The translations under genes and the position numbers were made by a program. Shown piece by piece: positions 1 through 8,362 of a DNA stretch of 64,000 nucleotides. The first letter of the stretch is position 1; every line of letters begins with the position of its first letter. The notes beneath the pieces were generated by a model that was not told the DNA's origin, searched no databases, and saw only the letters and a program-made list of their open reading frames with translations. Source of the stretch: a bacterium BMS3Abin06 (GTDB lineage: Bacteria; Nitrospirota; Thermodesulfovibrionia; UBA6902); assembly GCA_002897895.1 (NCBI GenBank), contig BDSY01000027.1, positions 4,644 to 68,643 of the forward strand, written 5' to 3'.

Positions 1-34
1 AGACATCAAATAAAGAAAAAGATTTAATTGCAAA

Positions 35-1033
35 ATGGAAATTAAAAACAGGAAAGTTCTTGTTACAGGGGCAGACGGTTTTATCGGCAGCCATCTTGTT
101 GAGAGACTGGTGGAAGAGGGCTGTCAGGTAAAGGCCTTTGTGTTTTATAACTCATTTAATTCATGGGGCTGGCTTGATACGTATTCAAACGGTTTTATGA
201 AAGAGATTGAGATATTCCCCGGCGATGTTCGTGATCCGAATGGAGTAAGGAAGGCTGTTAAAGATGTAAACCTCGTTTTTCATCTCGCTGCGTTAATAGC
301 TATACCGTTTTCGTATCATTCACCTGATTCTTATATTGATACAAACATAAAAGGCACCCTGAATGTCCTTCAGGCATGCAGGGATTTTGACATCGAGAGG
401 GTTATTGTCACGTCCACTTCCGAGGTATATGGTACGGCACAGTATGTTCCGATTGATGAAAGTCATCCCCTGCAGGGCCAGTCTCCGTACTCGGCCACAA
501 AGATAGCGGCGGATAAAATCGCCGAATCTTTCTACAGGTCTTTTGACCTGCCTGTAATTACGGCAAGGCCTTTTAATACTTATGGGCCGAGGCAGTCGGC
601 CCGGGCCGTATTGCCCACGATTATTACACAGTTGCTGTCAGGGGGAATAGAGATAAAGTTAGGTTCTTTACACCCGACGAGAGATTTGAATTATGTCAGG
701 GATATATGTGAGGGATTTATTGCCATTGCAAGGTCTGAACAAACAATCGGGAAAGAGATAAATATTTGCAGCAATAAGGAGATATCCGTCGGCAATCTGG
801 CTCAGATGCTGGTTGATATGATAAATCCGGAAGCTGCAATTATAAATGATGAACAGAGGACAAGACCCGGTAACAGTGAAGTCGAAAGATTAATGGGAAA
901 CAATGAAAAGATTAAAAAACTGACCGGTTGGAATCCTGATTACACATTGGATTCAGGACTAAAAGAAACGATTGAATGGTTCAAAAAGAAAGAAAATCTC
1001 AGGCGGTATAAAACGAAAATTTACAATGTATAA
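35..1033 (+). CDS. legB: NAD-dependent 4,6-dehydratase, LegB-type
   Basis: GADGFIGSHL Rossmann motif, SPYSATK (YxxxK), PFNTYGPRQSARAV; heads a nonulosonic acid cluster. Confidence 0.85.
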   Translation: MEIKNRKVLVTGADGFIGSHLVERLVEEGCQVKAFVFYNSFNSWGWLDTYSNGFMKEIEIFPGDVRDPNGVRKAVKDVNLVFHLAALIAIPFSYHSPDSYIDTNIKGTLNVLQACRDFDIERVIVTSTSEVYGTAQYVPIDESHPLQGQSPYSATKIAADKIAESFYRSFDLPVITARPFNTYGPRQSARAVLPTIITQLLSGGIEIKLGSLHPTRDLNYVRDICEGFIAIARSEQTIGKEINICSNKEISVGNLAQMLVDMINPEAAIINDEQRTRPGNSEVERLMGNNEKIKKLTGWNPDYTLDSGLKETIEWFKKKENLRRYKTKIYNV

Positions 1034-2144
1034 AGAAATTTATTTAGATGCTCCGAATATCGGGGAACTTGAAAAACTCTATCTGAATAAAGCGATAGAC
1101 AGCGGGTATATATCGTCAGTAGGTCCCTCTGTTCCTGAATTTGAAGAGAAATGCGCTGATTATCTGCAGATCAAAAAATCCGTTTCAACTAACTCCGGTA
1201 CGTCCGCCCTGCATATAGCCTTATACGATCTTGGAATCGGAACAGGCGATGAGGTGATTGTTCCTGCTTTAACCTTCATAGCAACTGCAAACCCCGTTAT
1301 ATATGTTGGAGCAACTCCGGTATTAGTTGATGTCGATACACGGACATGGGACATATATCCAGTGGCAATTGAAAAAGCTGTAACGGAAAAAACAAAGGCG
1401 ATCATACCTGTCCACCTGTACGGCAACCCCTGCGATATGAATGAAATCAATCGAATCGCAAAAAAATATAATCTGTATGTTATTGAGGATGCAGCGGAAA
1501 GTCTGGGCGCAAAATATGGAGGCAAATTTACAGGAACTCTCGGTGATCTCGGATGTTTCAGTTTTAACGGGAACAAGACAATTACTACAGGCGGCGGCGG
1601 CATGGTCGCCGGGAATGACGAACAGCGATTGGATCATATTAAATTTCTCATTAATCAGGCGAGAGATAACCCCGGCGAAATATACCATTCGGAGATTGGT
1701 TTTAATTATAGAATGACAAATCTGCAAGCCGCAATAGGTCTTGCCCAGTTTGAGAGATTGGAAGAACTTCTTGCGAAAAAGAGGGCATTCAATAGCGCGT
1801 ATAAAGAGGAGCTGAAAGACCTTAAAACTGTCCGCTTCCAGAAAGAATATGAAACGGCAGAGAGTTCATCCTGGTTTACGGGCATTATTGCTGAGGATGC
1901 AACTATAAGAAGTGATTTACAGAAAAGACTGAAAGAAAGAGGTATCCCGACGAGAAGGGTTTTCAGACCACTCAATGAATTCCCTCCTTACCGGAATTGC
2001 AGATTTATAGACCACGGCAATTCACATTACATTTATGAGAGAGGAATCTGTCTGCCGGGTTCAACTCTTAACGAAATAGAAGACGTTAATTATATATGTA
2101 AAACATTAAAGGAGTTTTATTGTGAAGGCAGTTTCGTCTGCTAA
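1026..2144 (+). CDS. legC: DegT/DnrJ/EryC1/StrS PLP aminotransferase, LegC-like (start moved to ATG 1026, overlapping legB stop)
   Basis: IEDAAESLG, FSFNGNKTITTGGGGM, GFNYRMTNLQAA motifs; position after legB. Confidence 0.8.
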   Translation: MYKEIYLDAPNIGELEKLYLNKAIDSGYISSVGPSVPEFEEKCADYLQIKKSVSTNSGTSALHIALYDLGIGTGDEVIVPALTFIATANPVIYVGATPVLVDVDTRTWDIYPVAIEKAVTEKTKAIIPVHLYGNPCDMNEINRIAKKYNLYVIEDAAESLGAKYGGKFTGTLGDLGCFSFNGNKTITTGGGGMVAGNDEQRLDHIKFLINQARDNPGEIYHSEIGFNYRMTNLQAAIGLAQFERLEELLAKKRAFNSAYKEELKDLKTVRFQKEYETAESSSWFTGIIAEDATIRSDLQKRLKERGIPTRRVFRPLNEFPPYRNCRFIDHGNSHYIYERGICLPGSTLNEIEDVNYICKTLKEFYCEGSFVC

Positions 2145-2187
2145 TACAGGAAACAGGGTTTATTGCCGGATATTTTGAAGGATTGTG

Positions 2188-2826
2188 ATGGAAGGACGCG
2201 AAAAAATTATTTTATTGGGCGGCGGTGGACACTCGAAGGTTCTGGCAGAACTTATACGATTGTCGGGGAAATATGAAATCATGGGGATATTAGATTCAGA
2301 GCTTGAAGCAGGTGCTACTATTTGCGGGATTACTGTTCTTGGTAATGATGAACTGCTTCCCGGTTTAAATGTAAACGGGATAAAGAATGCATGTATAGCT
2401 GTCGGAAGCGTTAAAGATAACAGGAAAAGAAAAAAACTTTATGAGTTAGTCAGAAGCTCCGGGTTTTATGTGCCGTATTTAATTCATCCGCAGGCAATTG
2501 TATCGCAGACTGATACAGATATTTCCGAGGGTGTGCAGATAATGGCAGGCGCAATTGTCCAGGCAGGAAGCATCATTGGTGAGAATACCATTATTAATAC
2601 CGGTGCAATAGTCGAGCATGATTGCACAATCGGCAAAAATGTACATATTTGTCCGGGGGCTGTTGTATGCGGCGGCAGTACCATCGGCGATAATTCCTTT
2701 ATAGGCGCAGGCGCAACAGTGATACAGGGAATTGAAATTGGTAAAGACACTGTAGTCGGGGCAGGAGCATTGGTTCATAAAAATTTGACTGAAGGAGTTT
2801 TGGTAAAGGGGGCTCATACGAAATGA
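2188..2826 (+). CDS. NeuD/PglD-family hexapeptide-repeat sugar acetyltransferase
   Basis: LGGGGHSKV N-terminus, IHPQA, left-handed beta-helix repeats (IINTGAIVEHDC). Confidence 0.9.
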   Translation: MEGREKIILLGGGGHSKVLAELIRLSGKYEIMGILDSELEAGATICGITVLGNDELLPGLNVNGIKNACIAVGSVKDNRKRKKLYELVRSSGFYVPYLIHPQAIVSQTDTDISEGVQIMAGAIVQAGSIIGENTIINTGAIVEHDCTIGKNVHICPGAVVCGGSTIGDNSFIGAGATVIQGIEIGKDTVVGAGALVHKNLTEGVLVKGAHTK

Positions 2827-3824
2827 AAACCTTTATCATTGCAGAGGCAGGCGTAAACCACAACGGTAAAATAGATATCGCCAGAAAGCTTGTTGACGCT
2901 GCTGTGGATTCAGGCGCGGATGCAGTTAAATTCCAGACTTTCAAAGCAGAAAAACTGGTAAGCCGTTATGCGCCTAAAGCTGAATATCAAGCTCAGACAA
3001 CTGACAGAAACGAGTCGCAATACGAAATGCTGAAAAGGCTGGAGCTGGATGCCGGGGCATTTAAGGAACTGGTCAGCTACAGCAGGAAAAGAGGAATTGT
3101 ATTTTTATCTACGGCGTTTGATTTGGAGAGTATTGATTTCCTGAATGAACTCGATCTGGAAATATTCAAGATCCCATCCGGTGAAATTACCAATCTGCCG
3201 TATCTGTGGAGAGCAGGAAGTTTATCGAAGAAAATAATTATATCAACCGGCATGGCAGACATGGGAGAGATAGAAGATGCCCTCGATGTTCTTACAGAGG
3301 CAGGAACTCCTAAAGAAAATATAACGGTTTTACACTGTAATACAGAGTACCCCACTCCTTTTGAGGATGTGAATCTGCTTGCCATGCAGACTATCAGAGA
3401 TGCATTCAAAATCAAGGCAGGTTATTCGGATCATACACAGGGCATAGAAGTATCTGTTGCCGCAGCCGCGCTCGGGGCAGCAGTCATAGAAAAACATTTC
3501 ACACTCGATAAAAAGATGCCGGGTCCTGACCACAGCGCCTCTCTGGAACCATATGAACTTAAGGCAATGGTAATGGCAGTAAGGAATATCGAAAAAGCCA
3601 TAGGCAGCGGAATTAAAAAACCTTCGCCTTCAGAATTGAAAAACAGGGCTGCAGCCCGCAAGAGCATAGTAGCATTAAGAAATATAAGAAAAGGGGAACT
3701 CTTGTCAGAGGAAATAATAACCACGAAGAGGCCGGGGACAGGGATCAGCCCCATGCAGTGGGATAAGGTGGTAGGCCAAACCGCGCTGAAAGATTTTGAA
3801 GCCGATGCGCTTATAGAAATTTAA
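2823..3824 (+). CDS. neuB: N-acetylneuraminate/legionaminate synthase (NeuB/LegI family) with C-terminal SAF domain
   Basis: IIAEAGVNHNG, AVKFQTF, KIPSGEITN, GYSDHT, IEKHFTLD, KRPGTGISP. Confidence 0.95.
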   Translation: MKTFIIAEAGVNHNGKIDIARKLVDAAVDSGADAVKFQTFKAEKLVSRYAPKAEYQAQTTDRNESQYEMLKRLELDAGAFKELVSYSRKRGIVFLSTAFDLESIDFLNELDLEIFKIPSGEITNLPYLWRAGSLSKKIIISTGMADMGEIEDALDVLTEAGTPKENITVLHCNTEYPTPFEDVNLLAMQTIRDAFKIKAGYSDHTQGIEVSVAAAALGAAVIEKHFTLDKKMPGPDHSASLEPYELKAMVMAVRNIEKAIGSGIKKPSPSELKNRAAARKSIVALRNIRKGELLSEEIITTKRPGTGISPMQWDKVVGQTALKDFEADALIEI

Positions 3825-3827
3825 AAA

Positions 3828-3980
3828 TTATTCAGGCAGGCACAAAGGCACATAGTGGCAAAGGCACAAAGTGAAAAAAAGAATGAAAAACTTTTCTTGT
3901 ATTCCTGTAACCCTTTGTGCCTATGTGCCTTTGCCACTTTGTGCCTATGTGCCTTTGCCACTTTGTGCCTGAGTAGTTAC
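3828..3980. repeat. MITE-like element of inverted GGCACAAA-type 8-mer arrays flanked by a 12-bp direct repeat
   Basis: Left arm ggcacaaa-ggcacata-gtggcaaa-ggcacaaa (3839-3872). Right arm is the complement, with a 24-bp unit repeated exactly (3913-3936, 3937-3960), ending cctgagtagttac. gaaatttaaaaa at both 3816-3827 and 3981-3992. Confidence 0.8.
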
Positions 3981-3995
3981 GAAATTTAAAAACTT

Positions 3996-4943
3996 ATGGA
4001 GACGGGAATGTCGGAAACCCTGAAACAGATAAAACCGAAGCAGCACCACAATTACGTTGCATTCTTTCTGACCCTGGCATGCAATCTGCGCTGTCCCTAT
4101 TGCATCAATCTGCATGATGGTGGATTGCGATATAAAAAGGCAAAAAGAAGGCAGATGAAGGCAGATGACTGGATAAAGGCGGCAAACAGGCTGGTTCTGA
4201 GGGATGATCTGCCCCTTTCACTTCAGGGGGGCGAGGCAACCCTTTACAGGGACTTTTACAGGTTTGTTAATGAAGTGAAGGAAGAAATAAAAATGGATTT
4301 GTTGACCAACATGATGTTTGATGTCGATGAATTCATCAAAAATGTTCCGCTGTGGAGATTCACAAGGGAAGCGCCCTATGCAGCCATACGGGCCAGTTAT
4401 CATCCCGGTCAGAACAACATAGATGATCTGATTGAAAAGACCTGCAAACTTCAGGATGCCGGTTTCAGGATCGGGATTTACGGTATCGATCATCCGTCCA
4501 TTACAGATCATATTCTTGAGACAAAGGAAAGATGTCTGAAGCAGGGCATTGATTTCAGGACAAAAGAGTTTCTTGGAGAATGGGAAGACAAACTCTATGG
4601 GACGTTTAAGTATGAAGGCTCTGTGCGTGGAGATGAAATGAAACACCGCGAATGCAGAACTACTGAAATAATCGTGGATCCGGCAGGGTATGTATATAAA
4701 TGCCATTCAGACCTTTACAACGGAAGAAATCCTTTTGCCCATATACTGGATGATGACTTTAACGAGGACGAAATAGAAAAGTTCAGGCCCTGTGATTTTT
4801 ATGGTGACTGCAACCCATGTGATGTAAAGGTCAAGACAAACAGGTTCCAGATATTCGGCCATACGAGCGTGGAGATAAGGAACCTGAAAGACCTGATGGA
4901 AAATAAAAAAGTAAAGGAAATGCATTTAGCTGCAAAGGAATAA
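3996..4943 (+). CDS. Radical SAM protein with Cys-rich C-terminal (SPASM/twitch-like) region; start may be ATG 4008
   Basis: CNLRCPYC, LQGGEATL, C-terminal YKCH...CDFYGDCNPCD. Confidence 0.85.
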   Translation: METGMSETLKQIKPKQHHNYVAFFLTLACNLRCPYCINLHDGGLRYKKAKRRQMKADDWIKAANRLVLRDDLPLSLQGGEATLYRDFYRFVNEVKEEIKMDLLTNMMFDVDEFIKNVPLWRFTREAPYAAIRASYHPGQNNIDDLIEKTCKLQDAGFRIGIYGIDHPSITDHILETKERCLKQGIDFRTKEFLGEWEDKLYGTFKYEGSVRGDEMKHRECRTTEIIVDPAGYVYKCHSDLYNGRNPFAHILDDDFNEDEIEKFRPCDFYGDCNPCDVKVKTNRFQIFGHTSVEIRNLKDLMENKKVKEMHLAAKE

Positions 4944-6016
4944 TGGATAAGTATCTTATAGACAGTCATAAACTGCTCTGGCATCTCGACAGGGTCACAG
5001 AATGGCAGGACAAAAGGGTCATTGCACCTGTTTATATTGAGATCAGCCCGGTCTCATTCTGTAACCACAAATGTATCTTCTGCGGAATCGACTTTGCGAG
5101 AGACAAGGGCTTCAAGCTGGAGAGGGAGGCACTCTGTAAAAGACTTGAAGAAATGGGGAAGGCAGGTGTAAAGAGCGTAATGTTTGCCGGAGAAGGTGAG
5201 CCTTTATTGCATAAAGACCTGCCGGAATTTATCAGGACTGCAAGCAATGCCGGCATCGATGTTTCGGTAACAACAAACGGAACCTTGGGAAATTATGATT
5301 TATGGAAAGAGACACTCCCTCATCTTACCTGGATAAGATTCAGTGTGGATGCCGGAACTGCCGGGGTACATGCCAGGGTCCATAATGTTCCGGAAACTTT
5401 TTTTGAGAGGACAGTTGAGAGCATTGAACAGGCTGTCAAGGTAAAAAAGGTGCAAGGGCTTGATGTCACTGTAGGTGTTCAGTTTTTGATAATCGAGGAA
5501 AACCTGAATGATATTGAAAATGCCCTGAGCCTGTTTTCAGGACTTGGGGTTGATTACATAAGCCTTAAACCGTACTCCCTGCATCCACAGATGATAAAGA
5601 AAAAAGAGACCGTTTACACGGATGAAGTAATAAGACATATAGATGATGTAGTTGATGGGTACAGGAAGAACTCAGGTCTGAACATAATTTTCAGGAAAGA
5701 GGCGCTAAAGAAATATATGACTAAGATAAAAATGTTTAAACACTGCTCTGCTCTTCCATTCTGGGGATACATATCTTCAAAAGGCGATTTCTACACATGC
5801 AGTGTATTCATCGGCGATGAGAGATTTAAAACCGGGAACATTCATGAAAACAATATAGATCAGATTTTTTTCGGACAAAAAAGAAAGCAGTCAATACGAT
5901 ACGGAGAGGACGGACTGGTTATTAAAGAAGAGTGCAGACTGAACTGCAGAATGGCGCGGATAAACGAGTTCCTCGAAATTATTGAAAATAAGCCGGAGCA
6001 TGCAAACTTTATTTAG
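4943..6016 (+). CDS. Radical SAM/SPASM-type protein
   Basis: CNHKCIFC, FAGEGEPLL, WIRFSVDA, C-terminal C..LPF...GDFYTC...CRLNC. Confidence 0.9.
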   Translation: MDKYLIDSHKLLWHLDRVTEWQDKRVIAPVYIEISPVSFCNHKCIFCGIDFARDKGFKLEREALCKRLEEMGKAGVKSVMFAGEGEPLLHKDLPEFIRTASNAGIDVSVTTNGTLGNYDLWKETLPHLTWIRFSVDAGTAGVHARVHNVPETFFERTVESIEQAVKVKKVQGLDVTVGVQFLIIEENLNDIENALSLFSGLGVDYISLKPYSLHPQMIKKKETVYTDEVIRHIDDVVDGYRKNSGLNIIFRKEALKKYMTKIKMFKHCSALPFWGYISSKGDFYTCSVFIGDERFKTGNIHENNIDQIFFGQKRKQSIRYGEDGLVIKEECRLNCRMARINEFLEIIENKPEHANFI

Positions 6017-6024
6017 GAGGCCGT

Positions 6025-6990
6025 ATGGCTACAAAAGTACTCATAATTAAACTCGGTTATTCAGAGACACTGGACCAGGAGATAGGAAGGATTCCGAGCC
6101 TCGGGGATGTCCTTAGAACGACCCCGATCCTCTGGGGATTTAAAGAAAAGTATCCTGACAGTCATATAACATGGCTTGTTTCACGTGAAGCGGAACCACT
6201 GCTTACAGGCAACAAGTTCATTGACAGGCTAATGATATGGGATGAATTTGTTCCTTATCAACTGATGAGAGAAAAGTTTGATGTAATGGTAAACCTTGAA
6301 AAGATTCCGGGAGTATGTGCGCTGTCCGATATGATTGATGCATGGGTTAAATATGGATTCCGTTTTGAAAGTGTTAGCGGAACATACCATGCCTATGAGA
6401 AAGGTCTGAACTTCATTGAGTATATAAAAGATAAGCAGAACAGGAAAAAGAGCAAGGACCACTGGCAGCAGGTATTGATAGAAATGGTCGGTGTTAAGTG
6501 GAGGGGACAGGGTTATATCCTGGGATATGATCCCAGGTCTACAGAGAAATACGACATTGGATTTAACTACAATGTCGGAAAGAAATTTCAGACCAAGGCC
6601 ATGTCGATCGGGAAATGGAAAGCACTTGAAAGCAGTCTCGAAGAGCAGGGGTACAATGTATCATGGCAGGAAGGGTTAAAAGATCTTAATGATTATATTG
6701 AATGGATTAACTCCTGCAGACTTTTGATAACACAGGACAGTCTTGGGGTCCATATAGCCCTTGCCCTTAAAAAGAGGATGATAGGATTGTTCGGCCCCAC
6801 GGATGCACAGGAGATATACTTCCATAATTTCGGCAAGTCAATATATTCAAGGCAGGAGTGTCACCTTATGCATTGCTATAGTCCCACATGTTTGACTGGA
6901 TTGAACTGTATGGAATATCTGAATACGGATGAGATACTGAAAGCAGTCGATGAAATGCTCGGAGCAAAGAAGGTAAGTTTGGCAAATTAA
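6025..6990 (+). CDS. Glycosyltransferase family 9 (heptosyltransferase-like)
   Basis: SLGDVLRTTP, ITWLVS, ITQDSLGVHIALALKK..IGLFGPT. Confidence 0.85.
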   Translation: MATKVLIIKLGYSETLDQEIGRIPSLGDVLRTTPILWGFKEKYPDSHITWLVSREAEPLLTGNKFIDRLMIWDEFVPYQLMREKFDVMVNLEKIPGVCALSDMIDAWVKYGFRFESVSGTYHAYEKGLNFIEYIKDKQNRKKSKDHWQQVLIEMVGVKWRGQGYILGYDPRSTEKYDIGFNYNVGKKFQTKAMSIGKWKALESSLEEQGYNVSWQEGLKDLNDYIEWINSCRLLITQDSLGVHIALALKKRMIGLFGPTDAQEIYFHNFGKSIYSRQECHLMHCYSPTCLTGLNCMEYLNTDEILKAVDEMLGAKKVSLAN

Positions 6991-7148
6991 AAGGAGATTA
7001 CGAAAACATTTTAAACAAAACGTCATCCGATTGACATCTCCATCTCTAAAAAACTTTAAAACTAAGTGGTTAGCTTTGGCATGTATATTGCTTTTATGCC
7101 TTGCATGAGAAAAATATCTGTTCTGAAGTGCAAAGGTGAGTCAGCGTC

Positions 7149-7823
7149 ATGAGTTCAAATGTAAAAAGCGCTGTAAAGAATATTTTTAAATACCGGCATA
7201 TTATTTTCGATTTTGACGGAGTGCTGGCTGATACGAATCCGATACGGATTGAAGGATTCGCTAAACTCTTTAAAGAGTATCCCCCTGAGCAGGTGGATGA
7301 GATAATTGCGTTTGCCAACGCCAACGGCGGGCTTTCACGTTTCAAGAAAATCCGCTATTTCTTTAATGAGATCAGGAAGGAATCTTTGTCCAACAAAGAG
7401 CTCTCTGGCTGGGCTGAAAAATATTCCGATATCGTCAAACAGGATGTAATAAACGCGGAGGCAGTTGAAGGGGCTGTTGAATTCCTGACGGGATTTAACG
7501 AGTGTCACAACTTTGCTCTTATTTCCGGATCAGAAGAGCGGGAGCTTCGCGATGTATGCCGGCAGAGGAAGATCGACCGGTATTTTGTAATGATACTCGG
7601 ATCGCCTTCAACAAAGGAAGAGAACATTCATGAATTATTTAAACGTATGCCATGGCAAAAAGAAGAGAGTGTATTTGTCGGTGATTCGGTCAATGATTAC
7701 ACGGCAGCAAAGGCAGTAGGACTCGGTTTTATCGGCCGGAATTCAGGAATGACAGACTGGTCGGCTTACGGGGATGTGTATAGTTTTGATGATTTTAATG
7801 AATTGATAAGAAGAAAAGAATAA
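7149..7823 (+). CDS. HAD-family hydrolase/phosphatase
   Basis: FDFDGVLADT motif I, FVGDSVND motif IV. Confidence 0.9.
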   Translation: MSSNVKSAVKNIFKYRHIIFDFDGVLADTNPIRIEGFAKLFKEYPPEQVDEIIAFANANGGLSRFKKIRYFFNEIRKESLSNKELSGWAEKYSDIVKQDVINAEAVEGAVEFLTGFNECHNFALISGSEERELRDVCRQRKIDRYFVMILGSPSTKEENIHELFKRMPWQKEESVFVGDSVNDYTAAKAVGLGFIGRNSGMTDWSAYGDVYSFDDFNELIRRKE

Positions 7824-7840
7824 TTAAAAAGGAGCTTGGT

Positions 7841-8356
7841 GTGAGATCTGTAATAATAACTGCCCAGAATTTTCAGGATGAGGAATTAACGTATCCGTAT
7901 TACCGGCTTAAGGAAGAAGGGATTATAGTGGATGTGGCTACGCCGGACAAGATGGAGTGTTTCGGTAAATATGGTGTACCGGCACGGCCTACTGTTGATA
8001 CGAAGGACTTGAAGGCGGAAGATTATGACCTTGTGGTCCTGCCTGGTGGTTTTGAGGCGCCGGACCGTCTGAGGTTGCGCAAAGAGGTTCTTAAGTTTAT
8101 TAAGGACATGTATGAAGGCGGAAAGGTCGTTGCCGCGATCTGTCACGGGCCGTGGCTATGTGTTTCGGCCGGGATTTTAAAGGGCAAAAAGGCGACAGCT
8201 TTTCAGTCCATAGCTGATGATGTCCGAAATGCCGGGGCTGAATATCTTGACCGGGATGTTGTTGTGGATGGAAACCTTGTGACCTCGCCCCATTACAGGA
8301 ACAATGGGGATTTTATGAAGGCCACACTTAATTTGCTCAGAGTAAAAACAGAGTAA
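7841..8356 (+). CDS. DJ-1/PfpI family protein (type 1 glutamine amidotransferase-like)
   Basis: FQDEE, LPGG..APDRLR, AICHGPW. Confidence 0.9.
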   Translation: MRSVIITAQNFQDEELTYPYYRLKEEGIIVDVATPDKMECFGKYGVPARPTVDTKDLKAEDYDLVVLPGGFEAPDRLRLRKEVLKFIKDMYEGGKVVAAICHGPWLCVSAGILKGKKATAFQSIADDVRNAGAEYLDRDVVVDGNLVTSPHYRNNGDFMKATLNLLRVKTE

Positions 8357-8362
8357 GGGAAG

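Noticed and set aside
3828-3980. Repeat block as a CRISPR array
   Set aside because: Units are abutting 8/24-mers with no unique spacers, and there are no cas genes
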